Origin: Patellaria atrata CBS 101060
Lineage: Eukaryota
Length of the DNA stretch: 36,815 nt
Direction: 5' to 3'
Assembly (NCBI GenBank): GCA_010093705.1
Contig: MU006095.1
Coordinates: 1,116,001-1,152,815 of the forward strand
Shown here one piece after another: positions 22,843 through 33,954 of the stretch. Each line of letters starts with the position of its first letter. Within the stretch, counting starts at the first letter, position 1. The position numbers and the translations under genes are program-made. Below the pieces are notes generated by a model. It was not told the DNA's origin. It saw nothing but the letters and a program-made list of their open reading frames with translations, and did not search any database.

Positions 22843-23758
22843 CGCGACCACACTTCGTTTTCCCGGGTTCAAGCTTGAATAGTTGTAAATAATGGCATAT
22901 CATGTTCACGAATGTTAAGGTAGTGACATTTGATAATTCTAATAGTCAACGGTTACCTATATTCTTCTTGCAAAGAGAGAAAGTAATATGCTCGACATAA
23001 GGGCATCGTAGAAACAGATATCCAAACACAATTGCTCCTATCCATAATATCCAACTCCTTGTGTCCACAGCAACAAGTTGCAATGGAAGACAAACTACCT
23101 AAGAAACTAGAAACCAAGTTGCAAGTGTGAACTACTCCACGATATCATAGATATCTCAGACCACAAACTGGCTGTCTTCATTCCAAATCCCCTAGGGCCG
23201 CATTGATCAATTCCCGCTTCTCATAGGTCTACACAATCCCATCCCCCACCGTCTCTAACGATGATCTTGCGCCCGTAACATTCTTCTTTCGTGTGATCTC
23301 ATGGACGCTCTAAGTCGCTTGTTCCTCCATGTGGGGACTCCAAAAGGAACCTATTTCGATGACGTTACATCTGCTAAGGTATAAAACACATGTCCCGTAT
23401 TGTACAGCTAAGACTCAGATATTGAATGAACTGTATACTGTACCCGAACCCTTCTCTAGATCAATTATATACTATGTCAAAACCGTGTCACAGGTGAAAA
23501 GGCACGTAGAACGATGAATTCAGCTGAGGACAGGGTTGCAGTACAGAAGGAGCGCGCTCGATATCGATTTGAGCTCGAGATGGACCTTAGTCTGGGTATC
23601 ATACATAAAACCTCAATAAAAGCAAGCAAACCCACCCCACCACAACCACCAGCGGCGTAAGAGAACGAAAACTTCCCGGTAATGATACTTATACACCACC
23701 ATAAACCAGACAAAAGCACCACTCCACTTCCGGAACGCACTTTCCCGCTGACAACACC

Positions 23759-26577
23759 TCAAGAGAGGGTGCCGAGCCAGTCGGCCTTCTCATCCGCCAG
23801 GTAATTCTCGATATTCGAGAATTCGTCCACCCGCTGTCCCCCCGCTGCCTCCCCTCCCCCAATGCTCCCCTCCGCCCTGGTATCCGGGACGCCCACGCCG
23901 CCCAGATAACCCCTCATACTCTCCGGCAGCCGTGGTAGATTGAACTCATTGAAGAGGTCCGCCAAAGCCAGATCGAAGGAGCCGTGGCGTCTGGCGGCGG
24001 AATCTCTGCTCGCCAGGGCCGCGTCTCCTCGAGCTTGCGGCTGCCGGGAGATGAGGAGGTCTAGGTCGAACGCGGTGCGGCGCATGTCCGCAAGGATCTT
24101 GACACTTGAGGGGGTAACCCTTTCTCCGTTTTGCCCGAGGATGGGCGCGATATTGCTCTCCCGGTACTCGTCCAGGACGCGACTGAGCAAGGTCGCGTAC
24201 CGAGCCGCCACCTGCCAGTGCGCGCCCATTTCCTTGAGCGCATCAACGAAATTGTCGATTGAAGGCGAGACTTGACCTGCCCTTGTCGATGCGTCGACGA
24301 GAAGTACGCGCGCGGCCACCCAGAGAGAGAATGCGAAGTGTGGGCCGAGCCTGGGGAGAAGAGGTTGCGACCGCACGTACGAGCAGAGCTCAGAGAGGTT
24401 TGAGACAGCGGAGAGACAACGGGCGGTTGCTCCCGCGGATGCCTTGAACACCGCTGAGCGCGTGGTGGCGTACGCTGCAGAGGAGTGGAGGCGGATAACG
24501 GTACTGGTACGGGATCAGTCAAAGTTCTGAAAAGTATTGGAGTAGAGGGAGAACTTGCGTGTGATAAGCTGCACGCAACATGCAATCTTCAACTGTACGT
24601 CCAGCTGATCCATCAATTATGTTTGCATACTCTGTTGGTAACTCGCATACCCATGCACTGATCATCGTATCAAGCCTCCTGTACTCGGCTTTCCATTGCT
24701 CTACATCGGACTCCATGCGAATATCAACAGGCTTCCTATGGAACTGGTGGATTTGCGACAGTATACCGACAATTTCGATATAGTATGAAAATGGTCCGAG
24801 ATTTTCGGGCCTGTCGGTGCTGTAATCAGCCCGTTGTGGTGTTTTGAACCACCGAGTTTCAACTTGATGGTTGTTGGAAAACAGTTCTTCCCGACAAGGC
24901 AACATTCGATCGATTTCTTTCTCGTCTAACGAAAACTCAAAAGACGTAGCTAGGTTTGCGTATCGATCAAGTACGTACGTCATCCATAGTAGTCTACGTC
25001 GACTTTCATCCTCAAGCCAGTCTTGGGGCTCTGGAAGCACAACTGCCCTCAGGGTGTAGATGGAAACATACTTTGGAGAAACGGACGAGGAAGTCATTTC
25101 AGTATGGAGGCCAAGTTCAACGATTGACTTGGCAATTAGGGCTAGTATTTTCCTTCCAGGTGATTCATTCGAAGAACCAACGAGATCTACGGCAAGAATA
25201 ACTAGAGCTTGAAGGCTTTTCACGGATGTATTCTTCAAGCTGTAGTACCAGACCTTCTGCTCCGCGATCGAGCGGTAGCGTTCCCGGCTTACTTGATCAA
25301 GAGCTGGATCGTGTAAAAATCGTAAAGTAGTGGCGACGATGGCGTGTAAAAGGATTCTGTCCGCCTCATCTCGGGAAGCGGACGGTCCAAATAATGCGTC
25401 GACAAAGCTTTCCATGTGAAGAATGGGGCACCAAGGGCCAATGTGTTTGAAGAATAACTCGGTAAGCTTGAATAAAACTCCATGCGGCGGGAGCTCGTCG
25501 TCTGGTACGGTAGTGACGGGTGTTGGGGGGGGAATACCAATACTCGAGTTTCTAGGTTGAAGAGGGTTGTTAAGCTGTGAATAAGCTTCTTGTAATGTTA
25601 CCGGAGGAAACCCGGTAGAATAAGCATGTTGCGATGTTACGGCCGCAAGATTAGGATGAGTGAATTGTGAAGTTAGCGGTATGTGCATTCCATAATTCTG
25701 GATACCAGAAGCCTGATGTGAGTGGCCATATCCATTAGTTCGCTGGATCGTTGCGGAGATTTGCTGGGTTGGAGCCATTGATCGCGGTGCAATTCCTCCA
25801 TACTCACTCGCAAGTGGTGCAGTTGAAGTGAATGATGATGGTCTCTCGTAGAAAAGAGCAGTTTCGGCTCGAGCTAGGTGAGGAGGGTTGTGGATACTGG
25901 GCCGCCTGGGGTAGATGGAAGGATCATGCTGCTGCTGCTGCTGCTGCTGCTGGTGGAACTGCTGAGGAGCATGATTGCTACTGGTACCTATGATCTGTGC
26001 AAAGAGAGCTTCATGTCGCTGGACAACATTATCTATGCGATCTAATATTTCCGTTAGTTGTTTTCGATCGTTCGTGATATGATAAAGCAGCAACAACGAG
26101 TAGTGCCTTGTGTACGAGGACAGCACAAAAGATGGTTGGCTTAACGGGGTAGAAAATCAATGAATAGATGTTAATGCTCGAGGTTCAATTAAAATTCGAA
26201 AGGTGTTACAACGTGTAACGATGCTAGGATATTTTAATAGGAGAGAACTTACCCAGTCGTGCTTCCAGTTCTTTACCATATCCAGCCCGAAGACCAGGCT
26301 TCTTCCTTTCTTTATATTCGCAGAGTTGCTTGTTTCGAACACACCATCCACAAGCCGGTTGCCCACGGTCACATCTCACTTTTCGTTGCTTACACAATTC
26401 GCAGGACACTGACATTGGCCTCTTTCGTTTGCGTGAGTTGTCGTCGCCATTTTCTTCCCCAGCTTCGCTATCCTCACCACTTGGATTACTGTCTTCATTT
26501 TGCTCGGCTCCAAAAGGTGTCTGTTTTGAGCCGGGTCGTGAGAATTCCCCGTTGGGACTCTGTATCTGGGTATTCAT
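23759..26577 (-). CDS. rhaR: Zn(II)2Cys6 transcription factor with fungal-specific TF domain; probable L-rhamnose regulator (RhaR/PDR-1-like) by its position next to lraC
   Basis: Exons 26577 (or 26676)-26253, 26041-24559, 24503-23759. Zn cluster CELCKQRKVRCDRGQPACGWCVRNKQLCEY; middle-homology region ESRRRLLWMTYVLDRY; second intron is GC-AG. The TF call is secure; the rhaR orthology rests on gene neighbourhood only. Confidence 0.75.
25929..25952 (-). repeat. (CAG)8 coding microsatellite encoding polyQ in the Zn2Cys6 factor
   Basis: Seen as a CTG repeat on the + strand; translates as HQQQQQQQQH. Confidence 0.9.
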
Positions 26578-27394
26578 TGCGTATGAAGCTGGTGAGGCCA
26601 GGCTTGTTGGTGGAGAATTGCTCGTGTTACTCTCTTCCGAGATGATGCAGCAGTGTGTGTTTCGGTAGATGTCCAAAGCCGAGTCGAGTCTAAAATCTGG
26701 TTGTGGAGAAAAAGTGTGGAGGAGGGGTTGTGCTCTGGACGATCAAAAACAAGGCCACCCATGTTTAGCCTACCACGCCCAAAACGCACACCTCTTTCCT
26801 CCATCAGTCCTCTCGTTCCTTCCACGGCTGCATCCTCGGCTCGTTCGGGTAGTTTTCGCCAAAGCCGTAACCCCCACCCCCTAGACCCCTCCTATTCCCC
26901 GGCCGTCGTTGCCTTACATACAAGATGTTAGTCCTCAGGTCAGCTTTCCCATTGCGTCCGTCTTGGAACTCTCTGGATCTTCGATTGGTCATTTTGACCG
27001 CAAAGTTCCAAAGGAGAGCATGCATCTTGACCTTAGAAGCAAAAAGAGGATCCACCCGGCATCCAGCGCTTGCCGTTGATATGCCACCATAATCCCACGC
27101 CGCTATGTTTTTCTGCACCTCCGATCGGCTCTTGAATAGGGCGAGATGTACCGAGAGGTCGAGGATCCAGCTCATCCATCTGTCGGAAGCTGGATACAAA
27201 ATTCCACCGTATACAGTGGCCTTGACCGTATTTAAATAATACGTCTCGCTCCGGTCCGCTTGTACTTCCCTGGTAGCATTCTAATCTTGATAGAGTTTCC
27301 AATTGCCTTTTTTCTTTTCTTGAGCTGAACCAGCCTTGTTAGCATTCTTCTACTAATGCTCCCCCTCTTATTTTGCCGCTCTTAGTAAATCAAG

Positions 27395-28768
27395 ATGGTT
27401 CAAGACACTACTCCCGGGGTGAAGAAGTTTCCAACCATCAAGAATGTGCGGACATTTGTTATACAAGGCGTGGGGTCAGGGGGAGATTATCACAATGTAA
27501 AAGGGGGGCATTGGTTGATCGACTCTAAAATCTCCACACCAATGTCACAATACGAACAGTACAGAAAGTCTCGAACAAGTTGGGGTATCAATGTTTTGGG
27601 ATCCTTCTTCGTAGAAATTGAAGCTACAGATGGGACAAAAGGTTTTGCTACCGGCTTTGGAGGGCCACCGGCAAGCTGGCTAGTCGCGGAACACTTCCAA
27701 AGATTTCTCATTGGGGCTGGTAAGTTTTCTGTGAAGAGAGAAATAGCACGGATCAAGTCTATTCTAACTATCACTATAACAGATCCTAGGGATACAAATC
27801 ATCTGTTCGAACAGATGTATCGAGCGTCCATGTTCTACGGAAGGAAAGGTCTTCCAGTCGCCGTAATCTCCGTCATTGATCTAGCTATTTGGGACCTGCT
27901 GGGCAAAATTAGAAATGAACCGGTATATAAGATGATTGGAGGAGCTACACGCGAAAGACTTAACTTCTACTGCACTGGGCCTGAACCAGCAGCAGCAAAG
28001 GAAATGGGATTCTCCGGTGCGAAGGTGCCGCTACCATATGGACCCGGTGAGGGTGTGGAGGGTATGAAAAAGAACGTTGAATTCTTACGTAAACATCGTG
28101 AGAGCGTGGGTCCTGACTTTCCACTTATGGTGGACTGCTACATGAGCTTGAATGTGCCATACACAATCGAGGTCGCAGAAAAATGCAAAGATCTAAACAT
28201 CAATTGGTGGGAAGAGTGTCTGTCTCCTGACGATTCAGATGGCTTCGAGCGGATCAAACGTGCTCATCCGACCCTCAAGTTCACCACTGGAGAACACGAG
28301 TATTCGCGTTACGGTTTCCGTAAGCTGATCGAAGGACGAAACCTTGATATTCTTCAACCAGATGTCATGTGGGTTGGGGGTATGACCGAGCTCTTGAAAG
28401 TTGCTGCAATGGCAGCAGCATACGACATCCCTGTGGTGCCCCATGCCAGTGGACCTTATAGCTACCATTTCGTGGTTTCTCAAGCAAATTCTCCTTTCCA
28501 GGAATATCTTGCTAATTCTCCAGATGGTAAATCAGTCTTTCCTGTCTTCGGAGATCTCTTCATCAACGAGCCAATTCCTGTCAATGGTTATCTGGATGTA
28601 TCAGTTCTTGACAAGCCAGGATTTGGCCTTGAGCTTAACCCATCGGCACCTTTGATTGATGCTACCAACATCCTCAAACCTGCTCCAGGGAGATCACTGA
28701 AGCTTGATAATGAGAAGGAGAAGTTGCAAACTGATGGCGAGGTAGAAATTAATGGTCATTCCTTGTAA
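27395..28768 (+). CDS. lraC: L-rhamnonate dehydratase (enolase superfamily, RhmD/LRA3/LraC type)
   Basis: Exons 27395-27719 and 27783-28768 (63-nt intron GTAAGT..CTAAC..CAG). Motifs GGDYH..HW..ISTPMS.Y..SRTSWGINVLG, DLAIWDLLGK, LMVDCYMSL, WWEECL, TTGEHE, QPDVMWVGG, VVPH, PGFGLELN parallel E. coli RhmD. Confidence 0.92.
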   Translation: MVQDTTPGVKKFPTIKNVRTFVIQGVGSGGDYHNVKGGHWLIDSKISTPMSQYEQYRKSRTSWGINVLGSFFVEIEATDGTKGFATGFGGPPASWLVAEHFQRFLIGAGKFSVKREIARIKSILTITITDPRDTNHLFEQMYRASMFYGRKGLPVAVISVIDLAIWDLLGKIRNEPVYKMIGGATRERLNFYCTGPEPAAAKEMGFSGAKVPLPYGPGEGVEGMKKNVEFLRKHRESVGPDFPLMVDCYMSLNVPYTIEVAEKCKDLNINWWEECLSPDDSDGFERIKRAHPTLKFTTGEHEYSRYGFRKLIEGRNLDILQPDVMWVGGMTELLKVAAMAAAYDIPVVPHASGPYSYHFVVSQANSPFQEYLANSPDGKSVFPVFGDLFINEPIPVNGYLDVSVLDKPGFGLELNPSAPLIDATNILKPAPGRSLKLDNEKEKLQTDGEVEINGHSL

Positions 28769-29333
28769 AAAGAGTTATTAGAGGGACGGGCGGCCTTTTC
28801 CTGGCGTATAGAGCATTTATTAATGCGACTGGAGCATCATCATTGATTTATGGCATCGGGATATCGGGTCCAGCATGTAGAGAGGGCTTCCTCCTGTAGG
28901 CAAATCACGTGTACTGTATAACGCGTGCGGTGTGCTACGGCGTCTACTTCCGTATGGAGTACAGATTACCGTAAGGTCAAATACCTTGGTAATAACATTT
29001 CATGTAAGCTCATACCAAAGATGAACAATAATAGCCCACGATCGAGATGGATGATTTTTGCAGTTGTTTGAAAATGACAAAGAAACGTACCTGACATCGC
29101 TGCTAATAATAGCGGTGAAACAGCCCAGTTGCGTTGCGTAACTGTGCGCATCCCCGAAAACGCATTGACGTGGGGTTAGTTCTAGGGTGGGCTGTGGCAG
29201 AGCAGATGGTCACTAACATCAAAGCTCAAAAACAAGGAAAACATACAAATTCCCTCAACTTGCTTCTTTTCTTTGTTTCTCTACATCACAATTGGTGGTT
29301 ATTACCTCCATATCTCATTCAAATACCTATCTC

Positions 29334-29353
29334 CACACAAACACACACACACA
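29334..29353. repeat. Imperfect (CA)n microsatellite immediately upstream of the UAP1 start codon
   Basis: CACACAAACACACACACACA read directly. Confidence 0.8.
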
Positions 29354-29355
29354 GC

Positions 29356-30963
29356 ATGGCTGCCGCTGTAAAAGAAACTGTTTCTAATCTTCTCGAAAAG
29401 CTGAACATCACAAGTCCAAGCGGGGAACCGCCAAAGGAGCCCAGTGAAGAAGAAGTGAAAGAGCTCAGGGAGAAGTATGAAAAAGCTGGGCAAGAGCAGG
29501 TCTTTACCTTTTACGATGACCTCGACGTAGCGGAGAAAGCATCCCTTTTCTCACAGCTCTCCAACATCGATCCAAACCATATCAACGAGATTACGAAGAG
29601 GGCGCTAAATCCTCCCAAGGATGAGGGGGAGGACTCCACCCCGCAGCTTGAACCATTACCTGGAGCCGCGTGCTGCTCCGTCCTAGACTCCAAACCAGAA
29701 GATCTTGAGAAGTGGTATAATGCTGGCTTGGAGCTCATCGCTGAAAACAAAGTTGCTGTTGTACTCATGGCAGGTGGTCAGGGAACACGACTGGGAAGTT
29801 CGGCACCAAAGGGATGCTTCGATATCGGTTTACCCAGCCGGAAGTCTCTATTTCAATTGCAAGCAGAGAGGATATATAAGGTTCAGGCCTTAGCAAAGAA
29901 GAAGCATGAGAAAGATGAGGTCATTGTGCCATGGTATGTCATGACCAGCGGTCCTACAAGAAAGGCAACAGCGGATTTCTTCGAAGAAAAGGACTATTTC
30001 GGGCTAGACAAAGAGAACGTCGTAATTTTCGAACAGGGCACCCTACCCTGCATTTCCAATGAAGGCAAGATTCTTCTAGAAAGCAAGTCGAAGGTTGCAG
30101 TAGCACCAGATGGCAACGGCGGCCTATATCACGCACTGATTACCTCGGAAGTTGTTGGAGATATGGGAAACCGGGGAATCAAGCACATTCATGCTTACTG
30201 TGTGGATAACTGCTTGGTTAAAGTGGCGGACCCGACTTTTATCGGCTTCTCAGCATCAAAAGAAGTCGACATCGCCACGAAAGTGGTACGAAAGCGTAAC
30301 GCTAAAGAATCCGTTGGTTTGATTCTCCAAAAGAACGGCAAGCCTGATGTGGTTGAATATTCGGAGATCGATACAGAAACAGCCGAAGCAAAGGATTCTC
30401 ATCATGAAGATCTTCTCAAATTCCGCGCTGCTAACATAGTGAATCACTACTATTCGTACGGCTTCCTCGAAAATATTCCAGAGTGGTCTCACCGCCTCCC
30501 CCACCATGTTGCGCGCAAGAAGATCCCATACGTGGATACCGAGAAAGGGGAGACCATCAGACCCGAAAAGCCGAATGGAATTAAGTTGGAACAATTTGTC
30601 TTCGATTGCTTTCCCTTCCTCTCTATGGATAAATTTGCATGTATGGAGGTTAAGCGTGAGGATGAATTCTCGCCTCTTAAGAATGCTAAAGGTACTGGGG
30701 AGGACGATCCCGACACGAGTAAGAAGGACATCATGCAACAAGGTAAGAAATGGGTTCAAGCAGCAGGAGGTACAGTTGTGGGAGAAGATGAGAGTGCTGG
30801 TGTTGAAATATCTCCATTGATTAGCTATGTAAGTGTAACATCTATTTCTACGCCGCGTAAACACGAAGACACTAACAAAATCATCTAGGGTGGCGAGGGA
30901 CTCGATTTCCTCAAGAACCGAACCATAAAAGCACCTGCCGTCATTGAGAGAGAAGAAGAATAG
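29356..30963 (+). CDS. UAP1: UDP-N-acetylglucosamine pyrophosphorylase
   Basis: Exons 29356-30828 and 30889-30963. Motifs [74 protein letters not shown]. Confidence 0.97.
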
Positions 30964-31679
30964 GGGAGAGGAGGTTGCAGGACGGTGCTGGCCCTGAGGC
31001 TACCTTATCATGCATGGAATCTCTTGGAGTCAAGGCTTATGTAGTGCGGTAGCAATGAACTACTAGTACTCCGTTACTCCGTACTGCGGAGCAAATGATC
31101 AAATCTCATATATTTCAGGCCTTAAGACTCTGAAATAAGATCCATTGCAATGCGGTTATATCCCTGTAAAAGGGATCACAAAGCATGAATGCGATTGGTG
31201 ATGCTAAGGAAGATTTTACTTCGCTCGGCTGCGCAGATCCTGCAGAACATTGCATCTAGATGGGATAAAGTTACACTCCGTAATGGAAGGCCTTAGAATA
31301 ATCTTAGGCTATTGCGGAACGAGTGCAAAATTCGCAGCTTTATGCCTCTGTGATTGGATTGTAGAGAAGTTTTGGGTGTTGTGTCTGCAGAGTTTTGTTC
31401 GGAAACCCGAGGTCTAGATGCGAATCTCTGTGTGGACCTGTGGAGGGAAAGTTCAAGGGACCAGCAAGCATGATACGCTCGCCTGAAAGGGGGCAAAATC
31501 GGTCGGCTTAGGTTACTGGTCGCCTACCCTGCCGCCGACCTTGCATAACAAACCCAACTTATATACTGTACGGGGAAAAAAACTTTCACATATATACATC
31601 GCTGCCTCGTCATACCGCGCGCGCTGGAGGAAGGTCGAGTTTTGGTCGCTGTGGGAAAGGAGGATTTTGGAACAGAAGT

Positions 31680-32040
31680 GTGAGTCTTCGAACTTTTGTC
31701 TGCAGGGTACACCGGGCTCTTGTATTCCCTACTGTCCCTCGCCTATTATCTTTGCGTCTTGAAAGATCTCGTGCTTTTACTGACCTGCGCGTGCTGTAGT
31801 TGAAAGGAACCCGACTGTAGGAAGAGAAAAGGTACATTCACCATGTTCAAATTTATCAATGGCTCATCAAGCCCAATACGCGCACAATCCATCCGGTTCT
31901 ACATCTTGCACCTTACACAACCTTCTGCGATAATGCAACGCATTTACCCCTTCAACAACCTCCTACCCATGTCCAAGATGGATTCTGTCTCCGGGAATCG
32001 TCACTATAGCATAGAGCTTACTGACGATGCTATTCCGCAG
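31680..32040 (+). other. Two predicted 5'-UTR introns of the GIS2/CNBP gene (31680-31799 and 31832-32040) flanking a 32-nt non-coding exon
   Basis: GTGAGT..ACTGAC..TAG (31799) and GTACAT..ACTGAC..CAG (32040); both have branch sites properly spaced from the acceptor. Confidence 0.6.
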
Positions 32041-32061
32041 CTTTACGAAGAGGAAAACAAG

Positions 32062-32970
32062 ATGTCCTCATTATCACGCCGCGCATGCTATAAGTGCGGT
32101 AACGTTGGCCACTACGCTGGTATGTGGGAGTTCTATGGTCATTGTGAACTCGTTTTGATATAGTATATTAGAAGTGTGCTCATCTTCGGAACGTTTATGC
32201 TATAACTGTAAGTTGCCTCTTTTCCAAGTAAGTAGGCCGAGTACTGACAGAGATTGTTAGGCAAGCAACCTGGTGTGCGATGCTTCGCGGGAAATAAATG
32301 CGCTTAGACTAATGCTGTTCCAGGCCACGAGTCCAATGGTTGCCCACATCCAAGAACAACCGAAAGTAAGGGATATTTCACGTCTACTTGAGATACAACT
32401 AGCTGACTGGCCTCAGCTAAGCAATGTTATCATTGCCAGGGTCTAGGACACGTTCAGGCAGATTGTCCTACCTTGCGTTTGAGTGGTGCCGGAACTAGCG
32501 GAAGATGTTATTCCTGCGGTCAACCCGGGCATCTTGCCGTACGCCTCAAACCCCCTTGACAAAGTGATATCAATATTGACAGCATGTAGCGGAATTGCCC
32601 AACTCCCGGTCTTGCGGCTGGAAGAGGAGCTGGTATTCCCCGTGGAGGATACGGCGGTTTCCGCGGTGGATTCGGCGGTGGAGCAACCCGTCCAGCAACC
32701 TGCTATAAGTGCGGTGGTCCTAACCATTATGCGCGGGATTGCCAAGCTCAAGCCATGAAGTGCTACGCATGTGGCAAACTTGGACACATCTCCAGGGATT
32801 GCACTGCTCCTAACGGCGGACCTCTTAACACTGCTGGAAAGACTTGCTACCGATGTGGTGAAGCTGGACATATTTCCAGGGAGTGCCCTCAAGCTGAAGT
32901 CAATGGTGATGGCCTTCCCCAAGTGAATCAAAGCACCGCGGTCCCTCCACCCAATGCGACCGTTGCTTAG
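32062..32970 (+). CDS. GIS2: CNBP/Gis2/Byr3-type CCHC zinc-knuckle nucleic-acid-binding protein with RGG segment
   Basis: Exons 32062-32119, 32172-32207, 32261-32272, 32324-32365, 32417-32538, 32590-32970. Seven CX2CX4HX4C knuckles (CYKCGNVGHYAEVC, CYNCKQPGHESNGC, CYHCQGLGHVQADC, CYSCGQPGHLARNC, CYKCGGPNHYARDC, CYACGKLGHISRDC, CYRCGEAGHISREC) and RGGYGGFRGGFGGG. Confidence 0.95.
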
Positions 32971-33954
32971 AATACTCGGACAGGGCACCATCTACCACTT
33001 GGAGGGTTCGAATATGGTGGTGCCTTGAGATTTATAGGTCCCTCCTCTGTATTGGATGTTTCTTAAAGATCGGTCATAATTTCACAACTTCATTATCTCA
33101 TCCCCTACTATCATTTCTACCGACCCCTTCGGTTGCCATTTATTCCTTTCTCTCGGCACCGACACGTAACGTCACACGACCCGAATACAAAGCAGAGATT
33201 TCACGAGATTCCCGATACCCACGATTTGCATAGCATCCCATTAAAGTAACCATACCTAAATTCGATTTGGCGCTGCGAAAGAAGGGTTCCTTGTCTTTTT
33301 TTTTTAATCATGGCATTGGATAATGTTAAGACAAGAGCGAGACCTGAGCGGAAGAAAAAGGGTGGAAGCTGGACGAGTACCTTAGGACGGGGTATTGAGG
33401 AAGATGAGAGACAGAGACGGATAGGTTATGTTGTGTCGGACGGGATTGGGACGATTTGGTATCAAAGAGCTTGGTGTGCTTTTATTAGTTCCCTGGTCAT
33501 TAGTGTCCCACTGCCGAATAAAATCAGTTCCCAGTTTGTCAATATCACATTTTCTCCTTCCTGTCCTTGAATTTCAACACTTCTAATCCCGTGAGTTCAT
33601 GAGTTTATACCTTAGAGTCTCTAACCAAATTATACTAATGTGAGTCTCCCGGCATATCTGCGCACCTTAGTCAGGTCGAGGTGGACTCCCTTTCCTGGTA
33701 AGTACTACCCTTGAACAATCCAGTAGTCGCAACTTCCACAAACGGATGTTCACGAGTATCCTTACGGGAGGGACGACCTATCCTAGTTCCAACACTGTTC
33801 CATCGGCCTCGGTCTCCATTACAAACCTTGCTTTTTCCCTAGTTTGCGCTCTACCGCCATCAAAATCTTCCTCTCACTTCAAATTCTCATCTATCTCCTT
33901 CAAATCAAAGTATCTGTGATTAGTACTTGATAAACAGCCATTTGAAGAGCAAGA

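Noticed and set aside
26680..27394. Exact CGG-N11-CCG (reported RhaR-type) site in the divergent promoter
   Set aside because: Manual scan found only other spacings, e.g. CGG-N13-CCG at 27057-27075; no exact match to report.
29134..29355. N-terminal extension of UAP1 from the upstream in-frame ATG at 29206
   Set aside because: The region looks like core promoter and leader (CT-rich tract, CA repeat); the extension is not UAP1-like and nothing supports transcription from there.
33003..33013. tRNA T-loop-like GGTTCGAAT (similar GGTTCAAG at ~22866)
   Set aside because: No complementary T stem, acceptor stem or A box around either site.
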